Shown in pieces: positions 1 through 11,271 of a stretch of 64,000 nucleotides of DNA (its first letter is position 1; every line of letters begins with the position of its first letter). Source of the DNA: Felis catus (taxonomy: Eukaryota); NCBI RefSeq assembly GCF_018350175.1, contig NC_058383.1, positions 30,320,001 through 30,384,000 of the forward strand, in the 5' to 3' direction. Both the position numbers and the translations under genes were made by a program. A model generated the notes under the pieces. The model saw only the letters and a program-made list of their open reading frames with translations. It searched no databases and had not been told where the DNA came from.

Positions 1-321
1 GCCTATGACTTATGCGTTCCATAACTGGAAGCCTGTACCTCCCACTCCCCTTCACTCATTTTGCCCAATCCCTTCTGGCAACCATAAGTTTGTTCTCTGC
101 ATTTATGAGTCTGTTTCTGCTTTTTGCTCGTTTTGTTTTTTTAGATTCCACACATAAGTGAAATCATATGGTATTTGTCTCTCTCTGACTGCTTTCACTT
201 AACATAATACCCTCGAGGTCCATCATATTGTCACAAAAGGCAAGGTCTCATTATTTTTATGGCTGAGTAATATTCCATTATAATACACATATTATATATA
301 TATATTATATGCGCATATAAC

Positions 322-355
<34 letters not shown>

Positions 356-445
356 GAATGACTTCTTCTTTATCCATTCACCTATCAGTGGACACTTAGG
401 TTGCTTCCATACCTTGGCTATTATAAATAATGCTGCACTGAACAT
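1..445 (-). mobile_element. LINE-1 3' region (ORF2 C-terminus and 3'UTR), older L1MA9/L1_Carn-like; runs off the window start
   Basis: Antisense L1 motifs: ttagattccacacataagtgaaatcatatggtatttgtct, ggctgagtaatattccatt, gtggacacttaggttgcttccat, aataatgctgcactgaacat. Confidence 0.85.
289..354. repeat. (TA)n microsatellite inside L1
   Basis: Directly visible tatata tract. Confidence 0.9.
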
Positions 446-614
446 CTGACAAACTTCAACATCTGTTCATGATAACAACTCTCAGCAAAGGGGGTTTAAA
501 GGAAACATACTTCGACATAATGAAGGCCCTCAGCTAACACCGCACTCCGTGGTCAGAAATGGAGAGCTTTTGCTCTAGGATCAGAAGCAAGACAAGGATG
601 TCCACTCACCACTC
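443..614 (+). mobile_element. LINE-1 ORF2 reverse-transcriptase fragment, inverted relative to the adjacent L1 3' end
   Basis: Translates to DKLQHLFMITTLSKGGLKETYFDIMKA...RAFALGSEARQGCPL, matching L1 ORF2 DKIQHPFMIKTL...LKAFPLRSGTRQGCPL. Confidence 0.85.
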
Positions 615-778
615 TCAGCTTTCTTTGCAGACCATGAAACTGAGACTCAGGTCAATTAAGTGAATTGTTCAAGGCCGCTCAAGTTCTGTCCACGTTCTTT
701 TAAAACATGTTCTTTAAGAGAAGGATGTGGGCTGGTTTAGAAAACGTTTTAAATTAACACATTAAGAATTAAAGTTGA

Positions 779-1233
779 GGGGCACCTGGGTGGCTCAGTC
801 GGCTAAGTGTCCAACTTCAACTCAGATCATGATCTCACTACTCATGATCTCACTACTCACTACTCATGAGAGTGAGCCCTGCCGTTGGGCTCTTTGCTGA
901 CAACTCAGAGCCTGGGGCCTGCTTCAGATTCTGTGTCTCCTAGCTCTCTTGGCCCCTCCCCTGATCACGTTCAGGCTCTCTCTCTCAAAAATAAACTTTT
1001 TTTGGGGCGCCTGGGTGGCGCAGTCGGTTAAGCGTCCGACTTCAGCCAGGTCACGATCTCGCGGTCCGGGAGTTCGAGCCCCGCTGGGCTGATAGCTCAG
1101 AGCCTGGAGCCTGTTTCCGATTCTGTGTCTCCCTCTCTCTCTGCCCCTCCCCCGCTCATGCTCTGTCTCTCTCTGTCCCAAAAATAAATAAACGTTGAAA
1201 AAAAAAAAATAAATAAACTTTTTTTTTTTTTTA
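779..1233 (+). mobile_element. CAN-SINE (older SINEC_Fc2-like), its tail interrupted by a younger SINE
   Basis: ggggcacctgggtggctcagtcgg head, CT tract, tail; TSD aagaattaa(a/g)gttga at 764-778 and 1234-1248. Confidence 0.92.
1004..1210 (+). mobile_element. CAN-SINE, young SINEC_Fc type, nested
   Basis: ggggcgcctgggtggcgcagtcggttaagcgtccgacttcagccagg; CpGs intact; TSD aaataaacttttttt on both sides. Confidence 0.95.
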
Positions 1234-2372
1234 AAGAATTAAGGTTGAGGAGAGCCATCTTTTGATACGACAACTACTCTGAGGCAATAAAACACTATCT
1301 ATTCAAAACTACTTCCTCTTCTCTTATCAGTATTTGTTTTCATGTAAATGAAGACCTTAATTTGCTTTCCAGAGCACTAGAAACTGAAGTCTTTTTCAAG
1401 CGTTCTAACATCTACTTTGCTAACATTCTCTCCTGTTTTCTCTTAGCAGAGTGATCCCATACCTACATGGTAATAGCCACCTTCTATACCAAGAGAATTA
1501 CAACAAAATCCTGTACTGTACATTGTCAAGGCCCAGGAGTGGCCTAATTACTCATTTGTTATGTATTGATTCTATCACAGAAAAGAATTTGGACAAGCCT
1601 TGAATTTGTTTTAATGGAATTTGGTGTATCATTCCAGTAATCAGTTCCATGTATTAACGTGCACTGTGATGGATGCTAATGTAAGGTATAAAGGAACATC
1701 CTGGCCTCTCGGTTTCCTTGACAGCACTATAGGAACCAGCAAATCTTATTTAATTTGTTCCTTAATGACTTCTATATCCGAACAAATAACTACTTTCGCT
1801 GTCTACCATGAAGGAATTATACTGTTCTGCACTAACTCATAAGTCTTAAAAATTCATACTTATTCCCCTTATTCTAGGTCCACCAGGAACCCAAGACTGA
1901 CACATGTATTCCACATCTCCAAGGAAAAGCTCTCTCCCACCGCCTTCCAAACACCCACTCTTCTGGCTTTTACCAAACCTTATATTACCTACTTGAGAAT
2001 GTTGGGGGTCATATGGGCTAATTCATCTACTGCCAGGCACATCTGAAATCCACCTGTGCCATCACATTTTCCCCTTCCCCAATATAAAGCCTCCAAGGAA
2101 ACAAATCTTTAGAAACTTCCCATTTCTTGCACTGGTAAGAAAAATACCCAGAAATGGACTTTGCTTATAAGGGAGACTCTAAACTCTCCCACCCCAGCCA
2201 ACCCAAAACTTTGTCTTGTACATGGCTGGCACCCAAAAGACCACTGTCTATAAAAGAGGCTGGAATATGCAAAGACAAGAAAAAACTGGTTCATCACTGC
2301 CTGGGTCCTGGTCATGGGTCTGGGCCAACACAGGTGAGACCCAAGAATTCTGGGACATAAAAATGCCTCTGA

Positions 2373-2935
2373 ATACAGGAGTGATGACTCATATGGGCAC
2401 ATGTACCCCAATGTTTATAGCAACACTCTCAACAATAGCCAAATTATGGAAAGAGCCCAAATGTCTATCAAATGACGAATGGATAAAGAAGATGTGGTCT
2501 ATATATACAATGGAATACTACTTGGCAATGAGAAAGAATGTAATCTTGCCATTTGCAACAATGTGGATGGAAATGGAGGGTATTATGCTAAGTGAAGTAA
2601 ATCAGTCAGAGAAAGACAGATATCGTATGTTTTCACTCTTATGTGGAATTTGAGAAACTTAACAGAAGACGATGGGTGACCGGAAGGGGCAAAATAGTTT
2701 CAGAGAATGAGGCAAACCGTAAGAGACTCTCAAATACAGAAAATAAACAGGGTTGATGGCGGGGGGGGGGGGGGGGGGGAGGGAGGGAAGATGGGAGATG
2801 GGCATCGAGGAGGGCACTTGGGATGAGCACTGGGTGTTGTATGTAAGTGATGAATCACGGAAATCTATTCCCAAAGCCATGAGCACAATGTATATGCTGT
2901 ATGTTAGCTAACTTGACAATAAATTATATTTTTTA
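2373..2935 (+). mobile_element. 5'-truncated felid L1 (L1_Fc-like): ORF2 C-terminus and 3'UTR
   Basis: Peptide TCTPMFIATLSTIAKLWKEPKC...WIKKMWSIYTMEYY...WMEMEGIMLSE; G-run in 3'UTR; aataaa; TSD aaaaatgcctctga (2359-2372) / aaaaacgcctttga (2936-2949). Confidence 0.93.
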
Positions 2936-3077
2936 AAAAACGCCTTTGAGTTCATATGGAGGTGGCATCTTAGCTATAGAGAGACAGTCAAAGTTGAGAT
3001 GGGAAAAGTACCCAAAGGGCTCAAATGAAAAAGATTAATTAACTGCTTCAGGAGCTGGTTATAAAGATGTCTCCAGA

Positions 3078-3200
3078 TAGGTTAAGTGAAGTTGAGAGTA
3101 CTTATCATGATGAATACTGAGTCATATACAGAATTGTTGAATCATTATACTGTACACCTGAAACTAATACAACACTGTATGTTAAAAAATTATACTTGAC
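3078..3200 (+). mobile_element. L1 3'-terminal fragment (carnivore/laurasiatherian type)
   Basis: gaattgttgaatcattatactgtacacctgaaactaatacaacactgtatgttaa. Confidence 0.8.
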
Positions 3201-4369
3201 TAAAAGAGAGAATTTCCTTGGAAGTTTTAAAAAAAGAACACTGAGAAGGTGGTAGGGTCCAGGTCTATGTGGGGTTGTCCATGTGGGCAGCTTAATCTGA
3301 TGACATAAAGGCCTGAACAGCGAGGGGAGACATCCTCAGTGATGTCACAAAGATTGACCACCAACGTAGCAAAACCCCTCCTCTCTTGACTTCTGATAAT
3401 CCTTGGATGGTCTCCTTTTCCATGGATATCTCAGAAAGTCCTAGGCATCCTGGAGGCGCCCACAGCCTATAATTTTCTCTGCTCACAACTCCTTGGAGAC
3501 ATACAGGACAGAAAAGTCTAAGAATTTCTATGGCTCCTTTGAAATACATAGGTCTTTGGCTCTAACCAGGATCTGCCTTTTCCAGGAAATTTTAAAGTTT
3601 TGGCTCCAATGCCAACCTTTCAACGTCTCTTGCCATGGGAAACAGGACTAGGGAAAGACACCAGGGTCATTTCAACCCAACCTCTGCCCTGAGGCTGAGA
3701 ATCCACTTGAATCCACTTGTTCCCTTGAAGCCAGCCAGTCTGAAAAGGAGAGTGTTGATTTCTCGCCTCCCCTGTCTCAGCCAGAGGCATCGGAATTAGG
3801 AGGCTTCAGGGAGACATCATCATTTCCCTCCTGTCAGAATGTTCTCAATGGAAGTATTCTAACAGATCTACGTGCATATGTAGGAGCTTATTAAATATTA
3901 GGTTCAGAGGGCCGTATCATTAAACTGAGCCCAAGGAGGTGTGAAAACCATCCCCAAAGAGCGCATACTAGAATTTTCTCATCAGACTTTGTTCCTCATA
4001 TCCACTGCTTGGGATTGGGCTACGTGACCCAACTTGCATTAGATGCACCCTACTGAAGCCATGTAGGACTCAATGGTCTTCTGCTTTTGGCTTCACAGTT
4101 TTGCGGGAAATAACACTTGAAGGGGTCAGGACCACCTATGCAACATAATACACAAATGAGAGAGGGATGTCAATCAACAAATGTCAACTTAAGTACCTCC
4201 TCCAGTGAACAGTACATTCTGGGCACAATTAATAACAGGCAGACATTAAGAAGTAGAAGACGCACGCTTGATTACAGAAAACCCAAGTTTACAAGCCAAG
4301 ATAAAAAGTACTATTAACTGAACCCTGTATGCCATTGTCTCCTCCCTTTACTGTTCTCTAGCTGTGCTC

Positions 4370-4690
4370 ATCCTGTACTTGTACCCAGAACACCTCAGCT
4401 CACATTTACCCAAGGCCTTGGGACACATTGTTCTCTTTACCTGGAGCTCTCTCCCCTCCGAGGAACCTCCCACTGATATCCACACAAAGTTTCCTAAGCT
4501 TCCCTAGGGCCACTGTTTCAGAGTCTCCCTAGCCCTCACCCACTACAATATGGAATTATTTTATTTCTTGTTTATTTTCTCTCTCTTCTACTAGAATGGA
4601 CATTCTCCGAGAGGAGATAGCATGTTTGTCTTCATATCCACTTTATCTCCAGTGTCTGGCACCTAGTAGGCCCTCGGTGAATAACTGGAG
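4370..4690 (+). mobile_element. L2 3' fragment
   Basis: ctagaatgga...atctccagtgtctggcacctagtaggccctc resembles the L2 3' end. Confidence 0.65.
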
Positions 4691-5025
4691 GAGGAAGAAC
4701 AGAAGTGAGAAAAAAAAAGAAGATAATGGGCTACAGACATATTCATGGAAGAGAGAATTCTGGGCACTGGTTATAGAGAGCTTCACCGAAGGGACAGACC
4801 CGAACCTAGGATGTGGAGAAAGGACAAATGGTGTGGACATCTCCGTGAGCCTAGATTCTTGAAGTAGATTCTAGAAAAAGTGAAAGGATACAGGTATTCG
4901 TTGAGTGCATATGACACGCTAGATATGATGTCTAAGCACTCCACAGGGGTTAACTCATGTAACCGTCTCAAGAATTCTTAGAGATGGGTGTTGTTTCCCC
5001 AAATCTACAGAGGAGGAATCAGTAT

Positions 5026-5550
5026 TGTAGTTGACAGTGTTTGGCTGAGTTTTTGTCTTACTGTCTTTCCAATCATCTTCACCCCCCTCTTCCTATGTTT
5101 GGGGGGCTCCCCATCTTATGAGTCTTGGAGAGACATGGAGTCTGGCTCCCTGCAGTTGGAAAGACTAGATACTTCCTTTCCTAGCCTCCCCTGCTGCTCA
5201 GGCAAGGGCGTGTGACCTAGGCTTGGCCACTCACTGGCTTCAGTCTCTTGATTTGGGAGCTCATGGCACAAGAAACAGGGATGGTGAAGAAGCCATCCTA
5301 GGAGGAGAAACACTGTGACGACATCCAGTGTCCTGGGGTGGCTACAGCAGGGTCCTCATAGGATACCTTCTGTGACACAGTGGTTCTGGCTACTGTGGTT
5401 CCTTCTGTCTCTGCTCATTTTCCAAGCTAGTCTCCTAAACACCCTGGAAATTCTATGAGCAACCTAATATCCTTCCAATAAATTCCTTTTCTGCTGGAAT
5501 CATTCAGAGGAGGGTCCCTTTGCTTGTGACTAAGGACTCGGGCCAATTCA
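5026..5550 (+). mobile_element. ERVL solo LTR (LTR33-like), apparently inserted in a MIR
   Basis: Starts tgtagttg; ttcctatgtttgggg, tcctagcctccc, gtgtgacctaggct motifs; ccaataaattccttttctgct near the end. Confidence 0.7.
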
Positions 5551-6239
5551 ACAGCCTTGGAGAAGACAAGCGAGTTCCAGTCGGGGAGAAGCAGAGCCGG
5601 GATATGGACGCTGGTCAGCCCGAAGGCAGAGCCCAGGCATTCCCCACTATGTCCACATGGCTCTGAGGGGAAACACAGGAAGAACTCTCATCCTGTTTTA
5701 CAGCTGAGGCACAGAGGAGAGAGGTAAGCCTAGAAGGGACTGGAGCCCGGGTTTGAGCCACAAACCCCTGGTTCTTTCTAGTGTACCAAAGTCATCCCCA
5801 ACAGCACCACTTCCTGACATACGGATCTTGTATCAGACTAACTGAGGAGCCCACGTCAGAGGAAACGAGGCCCTGGAGATGAGTAGAAGCAGAGGCATGG
5901 TGAGACCAGACAAGGAGACGGGTGAGGGCCCGCTGGACCCTGTGCAGCGATGTCTCAAAGTCTCATCTCCGAACAAGGTTCAAATCTGCGATCACTGCCA
6001 GGTCCAGGGAAACTGGAAGAGGGGATGAATGACATTTTGGGGGACTTGGGGGTGGCCTCCCCGCCCTCTGGGGAACAGGGCTGGAGAGTAAAGCAGGGAG
6101 GACAGCTGAGAGGCAGTGACCGTCAGCCAAGGGTAACACTGAGCTGCTCGGATCCTGTTTTCCTGTGTGCAAAATGTGGACAGTGCCATGAGCTGCACGG
6201 GCCTGAGAGAAATCGACGACAGCAATTTTAGAAACAACC

Positions 6240-6450
6240 GATAGCACGTGATGTGCACTGCACACGGTTTTAAGGGCTTTCATACATAAATTCTTTCAAT
6301 CCTCACCAAAATCTTATGAACTGGGTCCTGCTGCTGTCATCTCGGTCTCGCTGATGAGAAAATGGGACACAGAAAGGTGAAGCAACTCATCCCATTACAG
6401 CAAGAAATTGGCACAGCTAGGACGTGAGCCCAGGTAGTCTAGCTCCAAAA
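6240..6450 (-). mobile_element. MIR SINE
   Basis: aatcctcac...gatgagaaaatgggacacagaaaggtgaagcaact antisense MIR core. Confidence 0.65.
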
Positions 6451-6655
6451 CCGGTAGAGCTCCGGTACTGGGCTAACCAAGTATTATAATGTATGCAGCG
6501 GAGCTTTGGGACTGTAAGTTGTTTCACACATGAGCAAGCATTTTACTTGATGCTAGGACAGAGTAGAAGCTCTGAGAAAGGAGGTGCAGGACTGTCTTAT
6601 AAGCTAACATGTTTAGCCAATAATGAGCACATAAAGTGCATTAGGAAAGACAGGA

Positions 6656-6983
6656 TGGGAGGGAGGAAGAAAAAGGAAGGGAAGGAGGGAGGAAAGGGAA
6701 GGAAGGAAGGAAGGAAGGAAGGAAGGAAGGAAGGAAGGAAGGAAGGAAGGGGAAGGGAGGAAGAGGAAGGAAGGGAGGGAGGAAGGGAAGAAGGGAGAGA
6801 AGGGAGTGAGGAAGGGAGGGAAGAAGAGGAAAGGAGGGAGGGAAGGAGGAAAAGGAAGGAAGGAAGGAAGGAAGGAAGGAAGGAAGGAAGGAAGGAAGGA
6901 AGGAAGGAAGGAAGGAAGGGAGGGAGGGAGGGAGGGAGGGAGGGAGGGAGGAAGGGGAGGGAGGAAGGAAGGGGAGGGAAGAA
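6656..6983. repeat. (GGAA)n/(GGGA)n polypurine microsatellite
   Basis: Directly visible. Confidence 0.95.
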
Positions 6984-8160
6984 GACATAAGATGAGGATT
7001 CAGATGGGAGCAAGGAGATGGAACCTTGCCATCTGGAAGTGAGAAAGAATGGAACGTGGAAACCAGTTTCTAAAAGGGGATCCTCTGAAGCATGCTTGAA
7101 AAGCCTTCAGCCAGGTTTCCAAAGGAAATTCACAAACTGCTTCTATATATCGTCTACAGCCCCTCAGCGTTCAGTTCCTTTGTGTTTTCATGTTTTGATG
7201 GTGCACACACCACGGGGTCGAGCGCACAGATAAGGGCACATCTGGCTGTCCACATTGTGCAAGTAGAGGTGTGCATGGAGTTCTGTGCACAAACGGAATC
7301 CCGCAGGTGTGCCCGGCGTTTGATGTGCACGGCTGTGTACGGACATACCACAGGACCCATCAATGAGTGTTTGCAGCACTGGGTGCATACACACCTGCAC
7401 AAAGTTACTAAGTAATGGGCTAGCACTAACTTGGGCTTACTATGTGCCAGGCTCTGTCCTAAGCATGTTGCAAATGTGAATTCCACTTAATGCTCCCGGC
7501 GGTGGTGATGGGTGTGCCCAGTCACGCACGTGTGCCTGGCTCTGTCTGAGCTGCCCGTACACACATTTCTGTTAGGTAATCACAGGCTCAGACTGGCTGT
7601 CAATTTTCTGCTGCTTAACCCAAGCTACGTGAATACCACCAGGAAGGCACACTTTCCTGGGCTGGAGGCAGTAACAATGAATTAAAAGATAGATCATAAA
7701 GTCCTTTCAAAATACCATCCACTTAAGAAATAGCAGACAGCCAGCCTGCGTTTTCTTGCTGGGTAAACACATTCCCACCACCCCACTCACTTAAATAAGG
7801 CTCACTCCACTTTGGCATCCCCGCAAACACATTTTTTTTTACAGTTTCTTTTTCAAAAACAAGATTGCTCCCTCGGCAACTGTTTCCAAGCACATTCCCT
7901 CGTTCTGGGAGAGGGAAGGGAAGAGCAGAGCGAGCCTCTTGTTACTATACAGGGAACACAGAGCAGGGGCAGGGGGAGAGCAGACGTGGGGAAGAGGGAG
8001 AGAAGCTGAAGCTGAGGGTATGTAGTAAGATGCACTTTCCCAGAAGAGAACTAGCCATATGCCCCCTGACCCAGCACTATTTCCCCCAGGCCCAGAAATA
8101 CCTAGTTGGTTTGAAGGCTGCAGTGTGGATATGCCAGTTGGGATCATATTCTACTCCAGG

Positions 8161-8202
8161 GTATGTGTGTGTATGTGTGTGTGCATGTTACACACTCACA
8201 CG

Positions 8203-8240
<38 letters not shown>
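8161..8240. repeat. (TG)n...(CA)n compound microsatellite
   Basis: Directly visible. Confidence 0.9.
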
Positions 8241-8243
<3 letters not shown>

Positions 8244-8346
8244 GTACCATCAAAGGCCAGAGGTCATCCCTGGAGCAACCTGGCATAGCTAAAGAGATCG
8301 AAATTATTTCCCTCACAGAAGGGACGTCTTTTTAACAATGGCACTT

Positions 8347-8577
8347 GCTTTTTTTTTTTTTTTTTAATTTTTTTTAATGTTTATTTATTTTTGAGAGAGA
8401 GGGAGAGACACAGCGTGAACAGGGGAGGAGTGGAGAGAGAGGGAGACAGAATCCGAAGCAGGCTCCAGGCTCTGAGCTGTCAGCACAGAGCCCGACGTGG
8501 GACTAGAACTCATTGGCCACGAGATCATGACCTGAGCTGAAGTCGGGCGCTTAACTGACTGAGCCACCCAGGCGCCC
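8347..8577 (-). mobile_element. CAN-SINE
   Basis: Antisense head ...gagccacccaggcgccc, polyT; perfect TSD aacaatggcactt (8334-8346, 8578-8590). Confidence 0.95.
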
Positions 8578-8744
8578 AACAATGGCACTTTCTCAACAGC
8601 ATGTTGACTATTTACAGCAGCAGAAATCGTTCCTGGGGCAGAGGCAAAGGTGAGGTGGGGTGGGGTGGGAACAGGAGACTGGAAACAAAGAATGCTTTCC
8701 AGGACCATCTATGCCTTTAATCCAGTAAGTCACTCTGTTCAATC

Positions 8745-9010
8745 CGGTTCATTCCATTCCATCCTATCCAAACGTGTCCCTCCATGTCATTCCACGAAGC
8801 CCACTCCATGCTATTCGGTGCTCAGCCCATTCCATGCCATTCCAACTGCAACTCATTCCACTGGATTCCAGTTCAATACAATTGTCCCTCATCTACGTCC
8901 AGGGCGTCTCAACCTCTTCCATTTCAAGCCACTGTGTCCCAATCCATTCCATTCCATTTCATCCTGTTCCATTATTTCATTGTCTTCTTAACCATTTCGA
9001 TCCGTTCCAG
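8745..9010. repeat. Degenerate (CATTC)n pentamer tract
   Basis: Recurrent ttccattcc/cattcca units. Confidence 0.65.
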
Positions 9011-9361
9011 TAACTGCTGCCCTAAGTATTTTGTCAACTACCCTGTGAGCCATTCTGAGTACCATGAGGGATATGGAGAGAGAGACAGAGTCCCCATCAG
9101 TGCACCCTTCTTGGGGCGGGGGCGGGCAGAGACAACCCTTCCAAAACAACAGAGGAACACATAACCCTCTCTGCCTTCAAAGACTCAGTTGAACCCAGAT
9201 CATGGGCAAAACCCAAAACTAAACCAAAACCAAAACCAAGTCAAAACCCAAAGGCCTCTCTATATACAGATCATGAATAAGAAGCCAAGCCTCCTCTGGT
9301 GCCACACAGAGGGAAAGCCAGACTAAGAAGGGGTCAAATTCCAGATACTCTCCTTCGCAGC

Positions 9362-9785
9362 TATATCAGACAGGGTTAGCCTGTCTGATATATCAAATAG
9401 CCTCAAAAATCTCAGGGGCTTAAAACAAAGATTTATTTCTCACTCGTGATTCATGTCTCACAAGCACTGGCTGGGGGTGCTGCTCTGTGGTATCCTTACT
9501 GCCAAGAGCCTCCTGTTGGAGCAGCCTCTATCTGGAACACTCACCACGGTGGAGGCCAAAAGCACATGGCAAGTAACGGAGGGGCCCCTAAAGGCATCAG
9601 CTTCCTACCCAGAAGAGATAAACTTCATTTCTACTCACATGCCCCTGTCCTAACCAAGTCACATGCCCATACTCGAAGGTCAGAGCAATCACGCTTTGAG
9701 AAAGTCAGAGACCAGGCAAATTCTCACATGCTTAGGAACAGAACTGGAACCATTTGCTGGACAGTGCTAAGGGCTGCTACACCTG
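9362..9785 (-). mobile_element. MaLR LTR (old MLT1-like)
   Basis: aaaatctcaggggcttaaaacaaagatttatttctcactc; aagtcacatgccc motifs. Confidence 0.7.
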
Positions 9786-9809
9786 CTGGGTATCTCATCT
9801 ATAGGGCCC

Positions 9810-9945
9810 TAACTTAACTTCCCGGAGCCTCAGTTTCCTCGCTTGTAAAATGCAGACGATTAACACCAACTACTTAGGTCTGCTACAGACGCTAAGTGAG
9901 ATAGGTATGGAAAGAACCCGCACATAGTAGGTGCTTAATGAATAT
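9810..9945 (+). mobile_element. MIR SINE
   Basis: gcctcagtttcctcgcttgtaaaatg core; cacatagtaggtgcttaat end. Confidence 0.75.
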
Positions 9946-10783
9946 GAGTTCCCCTCCCTGAGCCCCTGCATGGGTTTCCCTGCCAACCTCCTTACAAAAG
10001 CATCAGAGGCACAAAGTAGACAGCTCTTATCTGGGAACAGAGGAGAGATTTCAATCCCCCACCCCCAGCCCAGCCCTCATATCTGTTGCCTCTCTTTGAA
10101 ACAGGAGCTTCAGCCACCTGCTCGTTGATGATCCATCTGCTTTGCAAATGTAAAAATGTAATTATATCACAACACTGATTTCTGATGGGCATAGACCAAT
10201 ACCCAGAGATGCTCCGTTCCCAAACATTGCAGGAAAAAAGTACCATACTCCCCGGAGCAGAAGTGTAATCAAAATGAACGATCATCAAGTACAATATTTT
10301 CTCATGCTCCAGAGAAGACTGGCAAACACCCTGGAACATCAGGTTTGGGCCCCTCCAGAGGGCTGCGTCTCTCTGTTTTCTGGAGCTCGTGATAGGTGCA
10401 AGCGATACTCCAGGGCACATTTTTATGGCTTATCTAAAGGCCCTGCAGAAAGCAGAGATGGAGAAGCCCTTTTCTGGTGTGAAGTCACACAACGAAGTTC
10501 CAGAACACACAAGCTTCTAGAACAGCGGGCAAAGAACATTCACTGTAGATCCCAATGAACATCAGAACAGGAAGAGGCCAAAAGCAAGAAACCTCCACTG
10601 TCTCTCAATTTAGGAAGCCAACCTTCACCAAGCACCTCCTTTGTGCTGGGTCTTGGAACAAAACTACGACTGTCCACCTCTGAGGACTGCTGACACCAAG
10701 CTTTCCATTAAAAGCTCCATGTGGAAACAAACACTTACAGGCTACCCCTGTTTTAGACAGTGTTGTTTTTTTTTCTGATAATC

Positions 10784-11271
10784 TGTATCTACATCCTATT
10801 ACTACTGGGGCAAACGACCACACAAATGTGTGGCTTACTTAACACAACACAAATCTATTATGTTATGTTTCTTGAGGTCAGAAGTCCAAATGGGTTTCAT
10901 GGGGCTAAAATCAAGGTGTCAACAAAGCTGCGTTCTTTTCCATGGGAGAATCGTTTTCTTACCTTTTATAGCTTCTAGAAACTGTCCTCATTCTTTGGCT
11001 CATGGCTCTCTTCCATCTCTAAAGTCAGCATTGGCTGGTTGACTTTTTCTTATGAGACATCACTCTGACTGCCTCATCCACATTTAAAGGACCCTTGTGA
11101 TTACAGTGGCTCACCTAGACAACCGATCTCCTTGTCTTAAAGTCAGTCCACTGATTAGCAACTTCAATTCCACCCGCAATCTTAATTCTTCCTGGCCATG
11201 TTCCATAACATAATCATGGTTTCTAGGATTAGAATGTGGACATGTTTGGGATTGTTATTCTTCCTACCACA
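10784..11271 (-). mobile_element. MaLR solo LTR (MLT1C/D-like), full length
   Basis: tgta...ctaccaca termini; gaggtcagaagtccaaa, aaatcaaggtgtc, ggacccttgtgattaca; 5-bp TSD taatc/tcatc. Confidence 0.85.

Noticed and set aside
2216..2653. 145-aa ORF
   Set aside because: Chance fusion of flanking DNA to the C-terminus of a truncated L1 ORF2; not a gene.
6493..7042. Overlapping ORFs rich in RKEG/PSFL
   Set aside because: Translation of the GGAA microsatellite.
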